30,604 nucleotides of DNA from Macrostomum lignano (Eukaryota). The notes below the pieces were generated by a model that ran no database searches, was not told the DNA's origin, and saw only the letters and a program-made list of their open reading frames with translations. The stretch covers positions 1-30,604 of the forward strand of contig NIVC01003529.1 of the NCBI GenBank assembly GCA_002269645.1, written 5' to 3'. Made by a program: the position numbers and the translations under genes. Below are positions 1-9,773 of the stretch, piece by piece. Within the stretch, counting starts at the first letter, position 1, and each line of letters begins with the position of its first letter.

Positions 1-563
1 GCTTATCGCCGTCCGGCTTTGCCGCCGTCCTTGCCGCCGCCGCCGCGCCGCGATTTTCCCGACCGGGCGCCACAGGCATCGGGGCTTGACGTCGGCTCGC
101 GCCGAGCAGCTGCTTGCTGCGGGCTTCCGACGGCAGCAGCTCCGCCGCCAGCCGGACGTCCGGCGGCTGACGCCCCGGCTGGTGCAGTTGCGCCGGCGCC
201 GGCCGATTTCTACCGCCAACGCCGGCTGCGGAGTCGGAGGCGGCCAGACGTCCGGATCGTTGGCCGGACTGCCGAGCCTTGGCCGGCGTTGCGACGCATC
301 TGATGCTGATGTGGCCGCTCGGCAACGCGGAAGCTGGCCAGAGTTTTTAGCCAGCTCTTTGACGCTCTCAAACTCCTGAATTAGCTCTTGTCGAACCTGT
401 GCCAGCTGCGCCGCTTGTCGGAATCTGGCGGCATCTCCGACAACAGGCGGCCTAGCATAGCCAGCACGCCTGAATAGTAAGTTAGCGAGGTGTCATAATT
501 GCCTAGCAACGCCATCTCCCTGGCCTGCTTAGCACTGTCCAGCATCTCTTCTTTGTTCATCAT
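1..563 (-). CDS. KATNA1: Katanin p60 ATPase-containing subunit A1 (or A-like 1), N-terminal part (MIT domain plus linker); runs off the window edge; apparent 1-nt frameshift at about 400
   Basis: ATG ATG at 563-558 gives MMNKEEMLDSAKQAREMALLGNYDTSLTYYSGVL, matching the katanin p60 N-terminus (human: [23 protein letters not shown]). That frame stops at 383-381. Homology continues in the frame starting at 399 (QVRQELIQEFESVKEL...NDPDVWPPPTP), which is open to base 1. The AAA domain is outside the window. KATNA1 versus KATNAL1 cannot be resolved here. Confidence 0.88.
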
Positions 564-2540
564 CGCAGCGGTTGATGGGCTGAAATTTTGGAATCGAATT
601 AAACTAGGTGCTGCAAATGTGACTAATTTCAAACATATTTCTACTTCTAGTAGAGTATAGAAGACATCTGATTGTTTTGACGTTTTTAACGTTTTTCGTT
701 TTAAATTATTTTTTCTGCATTTCTTCTAAAAGTATAAATCGTAATCACATTGGGGGAAGTGGCGATTAACAACTCCTAGAGACCGGCCTCGCGCTTCCCT
801 ACATACTAATATACCCATGGCCTAAATCCCAAAACAAACCGGTAGCGGATGATTACTAAGAGCACGTGACCTAGAGCTTTGACACGAAGAAAACAAAATA
901 AGTAAATCACTAACGATGGTCAATGCTTATCATAAATCTAGCATTAGTAAAATAAGACTTTGTATTTTTCTTTTTTCATCGAAAACAGTACTAGCCGCGT
1001 AGAAAGAATACGGACAGGACAGGCACAGCAGGCGCAGGCAGACAGACAGACAGAAGGCCACAATTAGACGGACACAGCGCTGGTGCATTCAAAACTAGCA
1101 GCGATCAAAGAGATGAAACTTCATCTGCATTAGAAAACGTGTTGGTAGTAGTAAAAATAGGCTTTTTGAAGCTATATTTTATACTATGTATGGTTAGCAC
1201 TACTACTATTACTACTATTAGTACTGGCTAGCGAGCAAAGGCCTAACAAAAGCCATTAATGTTACACAAAGCAGCGAAGGGGAAAGTGCGAAGGTGTGGC
1301 GGCCACAAAATATAAAGTTATATAACAAAATCAAACAATGTATGATAAACACTAAAAGATGGCGGCAATGAAACGGTCTATATACTACTTATAATGTAGT
1401 GCTGAACATTTTCCTCTAGTGGAAAATTAGATTAGGCTCGCGCAGAGACACAACAGAAGTTGTTAAATAGTTTGAAACCTGTCTTGACTTAACAATATAT
1501 GCTTAAGGATTGGAGACGCGGGCTGTTAAAAACCAGAATATAAATATATCCCATTACAAACCAGATAGGGAACTTTGACTAAGGGATCAGGGAGGGGGTT
1601 CAGCATTTAATTAAATGACGGGACGGAACTAGGGAGATGCGTTCAAAGGACCAGAAGAAAAAATTAAGGATTTGATTGTCTCATTCACAGAATATGCTCA
1701 GAATGCTCAAGAATGGTTCCTACTAAAAAAAAGAATTAACATTCGCACAGCCTACTTATGATGTGATCTTTCTCAGTAGTACGAAGCAAAATCTACGAGA
1801 CAAGCCAGCAATAAATTTCAAAGAATTTGCAAATTGCCATTCGGCCTACTCATGGATTCTGTGGGTCCTATCAGTGACTGGGCTTCTTAGGTCCAACCTT
1901 AGGCCAATTCAGTGAATGCAATTTAGTCATGTCCATCATGCATCAGCGCGACTGTGGATAAACTTATGGAATGCGGCATGCAGACCCACTGAGGGAAATC
2001 AAATAGCAAAAAATAAAATGACAACGGACTGCAGGCACAGAACAGCAAACAGCGAAAATGAACAGTGAACACATTTTATAGCAAAAGGATGTTATCTAAA
2101 CTACAGACACTGCTCAAATTTCTTCTCAAACTAATTTTGGCAAGGAAAGACGCAAACGCTACTAACTATACGAGTACACACTCTCGTAATTGTATTTATT
2201 ACGTATGGTATTATATACTTACATATTTCTCTAACAAAAATCATGCCTAGTGATTTGTTACTACATTAAATAGTCAGGAAAACGTTTTAAAAAATAATGA
2301 CAACACAAACTAAACAATGAACGAAAACACTTAGTTGAAAAATGATTTCTTAGGTCCTATCACAGATACTAGACTAACTAGACATGTCACTCGTAATGTA
2401 AGAAAGTTTGTCAACAAGTTCAGCATCTACACTTTTTCAATAGTTTATCCGTGCAGTGTCACTTTAACTTAATGTGGCAACTAAAATTTCCTTTTTGCGG
2501 GCTAAGGAATTTAACTCGATGTACGCAAGTAAACGCAAGA

Positions 2541-3223
2541 CGGACGAAACTCAGCCTAGGGGGCAGGCCCAATCTAGCTCAGCCAATGAGAGAGCAGCAA
2601 GGAGAGAGGTCAAAGTCAGACGGACGAAACTCAGCCTAGGGGCAGGCCCAATCTAGCTCAGCCAATGAGAGAGCAGCAAGGAGAGAGGTCAAAGTCAGAC
2701 GGACGAAACTCAGCCTAGGGGGCAGGCCCAATCTAGCTCAGCCAATGAGAGAGCAGCAAGGAGAGAGGTCAAAGTCAGATGGACGAAACTCAGCCTAGGG
2801 GGCAGGCCCAATCTAGCTCAGCCAATGAGAGAGCAGCAAGGAGAGAGGTCAAAGTCAGATGGACGAAACTCAGCCTAGGGGGCAGGCCCAATCTAGCTCA
2901 GCCAATGAGAGAGCAGCAGAGAGGTCAAAGTCAGACGGACGAAACTCAGCCTAGGGGGCAGGCCCAATCTAGCTCAGCCAATGAGAGAGCAGCAAGGAGA
3001 GAGGTCAAAGTCAGACGGACGAAACTCAGCCTAGGGGGCAGGCCCAATCTAGCTTAGCCAATGAGAGAGCAGCAAAGAGAGAGGTCAAAGTCAGACGGAC
3101 GAAACTCAGCCTAAGGGGCAGGCCTAGGCCTATACATAAGCAGTTGTTATATATCATCCTTGGACAGGACTAATCTAGCTCAGCCAATGAGAGAGCAGTA
3201 AGGGGAGAGATCAAAGTCAGACA
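2541..3223. repeat. Tandem array, 79-80 bp unit, about 7.3 near-identical copies (2541-3123) plus a detached partial copy (about 3170-3223)
   Basis: The unit GGACGAAACTCAGCCTAGGGGGCAGGCCCAATCTAGCTCAGCCAATGAGAGAGCAGCAAGGAGAGAGGTCAAAGTCAGAC recurs at 2542, 2622, 2701 and onward. There are no unique spacers. Confidence 0.97.
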
Positions 3224-4998
3224 CAAAGGGTAAGAGAAAAGCCTAACTGTTTATTGGCCTGGATGGCGCCACCTTTTTTCTCTCTTGCTTGCTATGCACC
3301 CGCACTGGATTTGGGTGCAGCTTCCAACAGGATGAAGATCCTAATTTAATTGGGTCGGCTTGTAGACAGCCAGAGATGCGATTGTTGCAGCTATTAAATA
3401 TTAAAAATATCTGCAAAATTTAATAAATTTTAATCCTAATAATATAAAGGCAGAAACGCTACTTTTGCTACTGAAAGATTGATGAGCGAGCGCATTTCTT
3501 GCGAGTGACATCCAGTTGTTCTAGTATCTCCTCTCCTATAGGAGTCCCTCTAATTAACAAGAGTTTTGTTAACTGAAAGGACTGTTTTATGCACACACAA
3601 TATAAGACAGTAACTGACTAACTAGAAACAAATATAAAACTTGTTTTTTTTCAAATAAAAAAACGATAGACAGCAAGCTAACACAACAGCACGGGTGCAA
3701 AGAATGGATGATCTCAACAAAGCAAATACATTATACGTACTGCAAGCAAAGTTTAAAGACAACGGCAGAGAAATTCAACTGGGAACAAAAATAGCTTTCT
3801 CGCATGGTTATAATATCGCAAACAGAAACCTGTTTTGGTTGAAGATTATTGTGACAAAGTGGCTGAATAATCAACTGAAAAATTAATTAATGTTTAATTA
3901 GCTTTTAACGGCAAGACAAATTTTCATATTGAAAGTTCAAATGTCTGAATATGCGCAGAAGTTGCAACAAGTTCGAACAGATATTATATTCAAACAGAGA
4001 CTGCATAGATAATTGAGCAATTAACATAATAGAACAAATTGACACCTTTATAAACAAAATGATGAACACACAAATACAGACCTCGGCAGCCTAAAAGTCC
4101 CAATGCAATTCCGCTGCAATTCATGGAAGGCTAATTATAACACAAAGATATGGTATAAGTTAATTACTCGTAGATATTATATAAACCTACAAAGGTGTGA
4201 ACAAAATAAATGGCTCAAGCAAATATAATAATGAACAATGAAATATGAATAATATGAAAGTATTTAGCACTCAATGTACAAGAATATGGATTTGTGTTTA
4301 AGCTCTATCTAAAAGATACGATATATATTGTAGGGGAATAATAGCGAAATGATTACAATTATTAAGGACTACTAATGCACGTTACGAAGGCCAACTAGTT
4401 ATTTTGGTCACTTGAAAAGGACTAACAAAAAAACAACAAAGGTGTTACGCATCATATCAAACGGACCAGCTCTCTCTCTCGTAAGCATGTGCCATAGAGA
4501 GAGTGGACACAGGGACTTCAAGCTGGCTAAAGGCGCTTAGGTCAAATTGCATATCAATTATTTTTATGACAAATGTGCTAATGAACTGATAGCGCAGAAA
4601 ATTAAGTTAAAAATTGTAACTAGCAAGTAATGCTACTAGCAGTAGGGAAAATCGTACATAAGGTCTATACAACCGAGGGGGGCACAAATTAAGGGACCTT
4701 CTATAATTCAAGGGGCTTCCTTAAGCGAAGGGCGCGGATTAACAATGATACACAAAAGTTGGCATAACATTATTTAGAAAACAAGACAAGCACAAAAGTA
4801 AACAACTTTAGCTTACAAAATTGGACAAAAAGAAAACGACGAAAACTGGATTGTTCGCCTCAGCTAAGAGAAAGAAAGATGATTTGAATTGATATGTAAT
4901 TGATTGGAGCAAAGTATAATTAAATCCAGCTACAGGAAAACCCGGCCCATATTAGCAATCGATCCGCACACTAGCCGAATAATTAGCTAGTAGTAAAG

Positions 4999-6963
4999 TT
5001 AGCACAGCGAATAAAGAAAGGAAATTAACTGCGAATGATTTGGACTGCACGAGTCAAGATCGCGTCTAAGCAAGGCGTTCTCTTCGGCCTTCTGGCGCAG
5101 CAGCTTCTCGTACTCGGCCGGATGCAGCGGCCTTGGACGACGCTGAGGGGCAGCACCAGCGGTAGCAACGGGTGCGGCTGTGGCAGTGGCAGCAGCCGTG
5201 TCGGAGACTCCGGGCGAGCCAGACCGAGAGGACGACGAGGTGCGCACCGTAGAAGCCGGCGTCTGGCTGGAGTTTGGCGGCGACGGTCCAGCTGCGGCGG
5301 CGGCAGACGCAGGCGGAGCGGCAGCTGAATGAGCACCGTTATGAGCTCGCGCTGACGCCGAATGGGCCGACGAAGCCTGACGGTGCTGTTGGTATGCCTG
5401 TGGACCCTGCTGATCAGCACTTTGACGCGGCGGCTTATGCTTGGGAGGGGGCGCGCTGTGAATAGTGGAACTGGCGTCAGCCCGTTTAGTGAGTCGCTTG
5501 CGCTCTTTCTTAGACAGGACCACAGAGAAGGCGTCTTCCTGGACGGGCTCCGGCGCGGTTAGATTGTCGAAATCTGTGAATTCCAGCTGCTGCTGCCGTT
5601 TCTCAGCTGAACTGTTAACGATGCCATCTTTAACAACACCGCTGCTAGGCGGTGCGGCAACCGAATCAGACGATGGCGCAGACTCATTAGTTTCTTTCTC
5701 TTCTTCTGACAGCTTCTTCTGAAGCGCGGATGTTTTATCAGCAGTCGAGGAGTCAACGAAAGGCTCCTGCGGCTGCGACTGGGTGTTAGCTTCACTGGCT
5801 GCTGCTGTTGAAGCATCTTCAACAGATGGACTAGGCGGAGACTTCGGCCGGGCATCCGAGGCTATCTTGCCGCTATCCTTGGCATGCTTCTTCTGCTTCG
5901 GCTGCTGCTGTGGCAGCTGCAGTTGAGGGTGCACAATACTTCTAGGAGCAATGCTTTTCTTACTCCTGGAGCCTGGATTGTTCTCAATAAAACTGAGCAG
6001 CGAGTCAATGTCTTCATTGCCACGATTGCCCTGAACGTCCTGAGCTTTAATCGTTGCCCGAACTCCCTGCTCCCGACGTTTTTTCTTGCTTTTGGCGCCT
6101 CGATCCGAAGCCGGGCCGCCGCTGGACCCGTCCAAGCCGTACTGCAGCTGGCTGTAGTGCACAGCCTTCGGCTCGCTTGGATCCGTGGAATCCGCTGAGG
6201 ACTGACCACTGAACTGCTGCTGCTGCTTCTTAGACGAACCAGTCTTGCCGGCCTGCTCCGGCGGACTGCCGCTCTTCTGACGGCGCTTCTCCGACGAATA
6301 AGCAGTGGAAGCGCTTGGCCGAGCTGACTCCGAGGCGGCAGTCGACCCAGAGGAGGCGGTGACAGCTGCAGCGGCCTTGTATTTGGTGGAGGCGGCACCA
6401 GAGGCACTAGCATAGCCTAAGCCGTTGCTATTAGTGTACGCCACCGCGTAGCCAGATTGGCGGCCTTGTCCGGCGTTCTTATAGTAGCCGAACTGACCAA
6501 AGCCGCCGTCAGAGTTCTCGCCCTCGTCGTCGCCGTCGTCATCGACGTTGTCGCTGTCTCCGTTACTATCGTCGTCATCGCCGTTCTCGTTGTCGCCGAG
6601 TGGCCGATAGGGTATGCTAGTAGTGTCGCGAGTGTAATAAGCCCGGTCCGGGCCGCACAGCTGCAGATTCTGCTGCTGCATTCCGTGGAGCTGATTACCG
6701 GCGTCATCGCTGGAGTCGGACGAGTTCGTGGCGCCGGCGGCGTCCATCGCGTAGCCGTCGTAGGCGCGGTTGTTCTGATTGGCCGCCGCACGAGCCACGT
6801 CGTCGGTGTGCAGCTGGTCGGCTAGAACAATTCGATCGTCCGCCTCCTCGGGGGCGGGCGCCGACGACAACGAAGACACAGAGTCGTCAGTGTCAGCCGC
6901 ATTGAACTGATCGTCAGCCTGGCCTTCGTGGCGTCGTTGCAGCTTCCGATTGACGTCCTTCAT
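4999..6963 (-). CDS. Uncharacterised 654-aa low-complexity, probably disordered protein in a single long ORF
   Basis: A 1965-nt stop-free frame with GC-rich coding-like composition, bounded by AT-rich DNA on both sides. It has D/N-rich, G/Y-rich, S/A/Q-rich and basic segments. Short ordered-looking motifs are GNRGNEDIDSLLSFIE, FSVVLSKKERKR and EYEKLLRQKAEENALLRRDL...HSQLISFLYS. No family is confidently recognised. Confidence 0.8.
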   Translation of the reverse strand: MKDVNRKLQRRHEGQADDQFNAADTDDSVSSLSSAPAPEEADDRIVLADQLHTDDVARAAANQNNRAYDGYAMDAAGATNSSDSSDDAGNQLHGMQQQNLQLCGPDRAYYTRDTTSIPYRPLGDNENGDDDDSNGDSDNVDDDGDDEGENSDGGFGQFGYYKNAGQGRQSGYAVAYTNSNGLGYASASGAASTKYKAAAAVTASSGSTAASESARPSASTAYSSEKRRQKSGSPPEQAGKTGSSKKQQQQFSGQSSADSTDPSEPKAVHYSQLQYGLDGSSGGPASDRGAKSKKKRREQGVRATIKAQDVQGNRGNEDIDSLLSFIENNPGSRSKKSIAPRSIVHPQLQLPQQQPKQKKHAKDSGKIASDARPKSPPSPSVEDASTAAASEANTQSQPQEPFVDSSTADKTSALQKKLSEEEKETNESAPSSDSVAAPPSSGVVKDGIVNSSAEKRQQQLEFTDFDNLTAPEPVQEDAFSVVLSKKERKRLTKRADASSTIHSAPPPKHKPPRQSADQQGPQAYQQHRQASSAHSASARAHNGAHSAAAPPASAAAAAGPSPPNSSQTPASTVRTSSSSRSGSPGVSDTAAATATAAPVATAGAAPQRRPRPLHPAEYEKLLRQKAEENALLRRDLDSCSPNHSQLISFLYSLC

Positions 6964-7781
6964 TTTGCCACGATTATACGCGATTGCAGCAGCGTTATTA
7001 TTGCAATCGATTATGTGATGATTAATTGCGCCTTTTGACTTCTTGATCTTTATAGCGGAGCTTCAGGCACAGCTGAGGTTGCTAATAGATTTTCACCTGA
7101 TGGTAGCAAATGTCCAAATAGTTGTCCTCCTGATTAGTTTGTAAGCGGTTAAATAACTAGTCCAAATTGCGAGTTAAATGAAGACTGTAGCACTGAAACA
7201 TTAAGAAATGGCAACAAAGTTGTATATTAAGTAGGACATTAAATTTTACAAAGGAGACGTACAAACTATCTTTAAACAAAGCTGACCATCTATTTCCATA
7301 TAAAATAGTCTATATAACCTGCGAAGTGAACTGAGTAGACTGAAGGCTGTGGCCATAGACAACAGACTAAGGGTGCAGTTGAGATTGGAGAACATCTTTA
7401 ACACAGAAGACAAGCGAATATAAAGTACATGATTTAGTAAGCTAAACTTAAACAGTATTGCAACTCAATAATTTAAGACTTTCTGCTTATTAACTTAATT
7501 CTTATAAAACCTAGAAGTTGGTATAGAAGGTTCAAAGTTTCTTAGGGGGGGGGGGGGTGCCAAAACATCTAAGTTTTGTTTGCCTAAACCCCAAAGCTAT
7601 ATTATTCAGAAAAGAAATTTAAAAAATCAGATGCAACACAGATAGCACGCGCTTGAAAAGGCATACTGGCTATAATGTATTTACAAAGTGCAAGTTACAT
7701 TTTCATATAATGCTCGCAATATAGGGTGGGAATTTTCGCATTTTTTGAGAACTAAATGCGAATAATTAACAATATGATGCA

Positions 7782-8240
7782 TCAATCAACAACCGGGACA
7801 TTAGCGGCGCACGCCTCCTCTTCCAGATCGTATTGAATATCTAGTAGCCGATCTCGGGTGTCCTCCAGCGCCCGACGCATTTCGATAAGCTGCTTGCGTT
7901 CTTCCGTATTAGCGATCTCTTTCACATTGTGCATCCAAGAGAAATCGTCAAGTATTGACGCCCGCTTCATCTCCAACACTTGGCGTTTCAATAGGTGGCA
8001 GGCTCGAACTAGATTGGCGGCCCGGGTGCTCAGTTCTAGATAGTCTTGCGACGTCTGCGTCACAGTAGCGATTCTGGTGCTGCTCTCGGACAGGCTCCCC
8101 GGCTGCGCCTGGACAGGCTCCGGCTTTGCCAGGGACAGCATCTCGGAGAAATTCTCCAATATTAAGCGGACATCCGACCGGACATTGTTGCGCATTTCAG
8201 ATAACTGCTGGTTGGCTTGCTGGCTTGCCTGGCGAGACAT
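7782..8240 (-). CDS. MED22: Mediator of RNA polymerase II transcription subunit 22 (SURF5 homologue), intronless, 152 aa
   Basis: VRSDVRLILENFSEMLSLAK, TQTSQDYLELSTRAANLVRA, SILDDF and LLDIQYDLEEE align with human MED22 LKDDIKSIMDNFTEIIKTAK, TQGEQDNYEMHVRAANIVRA, LILNDF and ISIDLYELEEE. Confidence 0.92.
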   Translation of the reverse strand: MSRQASQQANQQLSEMRNNVRSDVRLILENFSEMLSLAKPEPVQAQPGSLSESSTRIATVTQTSQDYLELSTRAANLVRACHLLKRQVLEMKRASILDDFSWMHNVKEIANTEERKQLIEMRRALEDTRDRLLDIQYDLEEEACAANVPVVD

Positions 8241-8317
8241 GCTGCCCGCTGCGGGAGGACGGCATGATAGGCTGTGTAAGGGAAATTTCTCGTGGTGACA
8301 TTTTTCATGCTTTAAGC

Positions 8318-8325
8318 TATTTATA
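8318..8325 (-). promoter_or_regulatory. Candidate TATA box (TATAAATA) upstream of MED22
   Basis: The minus strand reads TATAAATA 78-85 nt upstream of the MED22 ATG. This is a motif match only, in AT-rich DNA. Confidence 0.25.
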
Positions 8326-8404
8326 AGTAGCTACGCACTGCATAGTTGAAATAGCGTTCCTGAACTGAATTTCAACAGATTGATTCAAAGAATTTCAAAG
8401 ACTA

Positions 8405-9165
8405 GAGCAACTATTGATAGGGGAATTTCAAGCATTAAAGCAACTATTGATAGGGGGATTTCAAGCATTAAAGCAACTATTGATAGGGGAATTTCAAGCA
8501 CTAAAGCAACTGTTTGATAGGGAAATTTCAATAGATTGGTGACAGAGGAGAATTTCGAGCTACTATTGATAGGGGAATTTCAAGCACTAAAGCAACTATT
8601 GATAGGGGAATTTCAAGCATTAAAGCAACTATTGATAGGGAAATTTCAATAGATTGGTGACAGAGGAGAATTTCGAGCAACTATTGATAGGGGAATTTCA
8701 AGCACTAAAGCAACTATTGATAGGGGAATTTCAAGCACTAAAGCAACTATTGATAGGGGAATTTCAAGCACTAAAGCAACTATTGATATGGGAATTTCAA
8801 GCATTAAAGCAACTATTGATAGGGGAATTTCAAGCACTAAAGCAACTATTGATAGGGGAATTTCAAGCATTAAAGCAACTATTGATAGGGGAATTTCGAG
8901 CACTAAAGCAACTATTGATAGGGGAATTTCAAGCACTAAAGCAACTATTGATAGGGGAATTTCAAGCATTAAAGCAACTATTGATAGGGGAATTTCAAGC
9001 ATTAAAGCAACTATTGATAGGGGAATTTCAAGCATTAAAGCAACTATTGATAGGGGAATTTCGAGCACTAAAGCAACTATTGATAGGGGAATTTCAAGCA
9101 CTAAAGCAACTATTGATAGGGGAATTTCAAGCATTAAAGCAACAATTAGTAGGGAATTTTCAAGC
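8405..9165. repeat. Minisatellite, 33-bp unit, about 22 copies, with two 52-bp interrupting variants
   Basis: The unit is AAAGCAACTATTGATAGGGGAATTTCAAGCA(C/T)T. An interrupting AATTTCAATAGATTGGTGACAGAGGAG segment occurs at 8524 and 8642, 118 bp apart. Confidence 0.97.
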
Positions 9166-9773
9166 GATTGTTAATGGAGGAAATTTTCAGATTTTAATCA
9201 TCTAATAATCGACTACTTACTTTACTTAACTAATCTAGTTATTAAAAATCTACAAGCTAAGCTTAAGACACTTCGAACCCTAAGCAGATAACCGAAATAA
9301 AAAACGGAAACACAAAAAACCTAAAAATCATTGTTCGAATCAACAGCAGCACCACGGTGTCATATCCGATCGATGGCAGAAATTTCGGCATTTTGACATA
9401 GCAACACTGAGCCGCGACAAGAGTGGACTGAAGTTCTGAACGCTGTGTAGAAAAAGTATTAATTCCCAGGATGGATTTAGAAAACAATTATTACAAAAAC
9501 TTATAAAGTTTCAATGCTTAAATTGAGAAGCAACATTGCATGGAAAAAATAAGTAACAAAAATAATCGAAAAAACCGGTGCAAAATGCTTTTCTTATAAA
9601 AATATAAATTTGCAGTGGAAAATAATATTAAGTAGATTTGATGCTGGCACATAATTTTTTGGCGTCACAACAAAATTCAAACAAACTTAGCTAAAGCACA
9701 TTTCAAAATTTGCGTACTATATATGTTTTGAATATGATGATAACTTTGTGGGATTCTGGTGTCGCGATAGGAT

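Noticed and set aside
628-633. CHR-like TTTGAA upstream of katanin on the minus strand
   Set aside because: A single 6-mer in AT-rich DNA is expected by chance, and the TSS is unknown.
5025-6825. Many short alternative-frame and antisense ORFs over the 654-aa gene (the same applies over MCM6 exons, MED22, RGS and bases 19-379)
   Set aside because: They are shadows of GC-rich coding sequence and have no recognisable motifs.
7545-7557. G13 homopolymer (also G9 at 11872-11880, C9 near 23855 and G-runs at about 13843-13858) as functional G-quadruplex or promoter signals
   Set aside because: Homopolymer lengths are unreliable and such runs are common. The run at 11872 simply serves as the pyrimidine tract of the exon 7 acceptor on the minus strand.
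8646-9205. Three overlapping repetitive ORFs (LEIPLSIVALV, QALKQLLIGEF and ISSIKATIDRG repeats)
   Set aside because: These are artefacts of a 33-bp unit that is open in several frames on both strands. There is no unique coding context.
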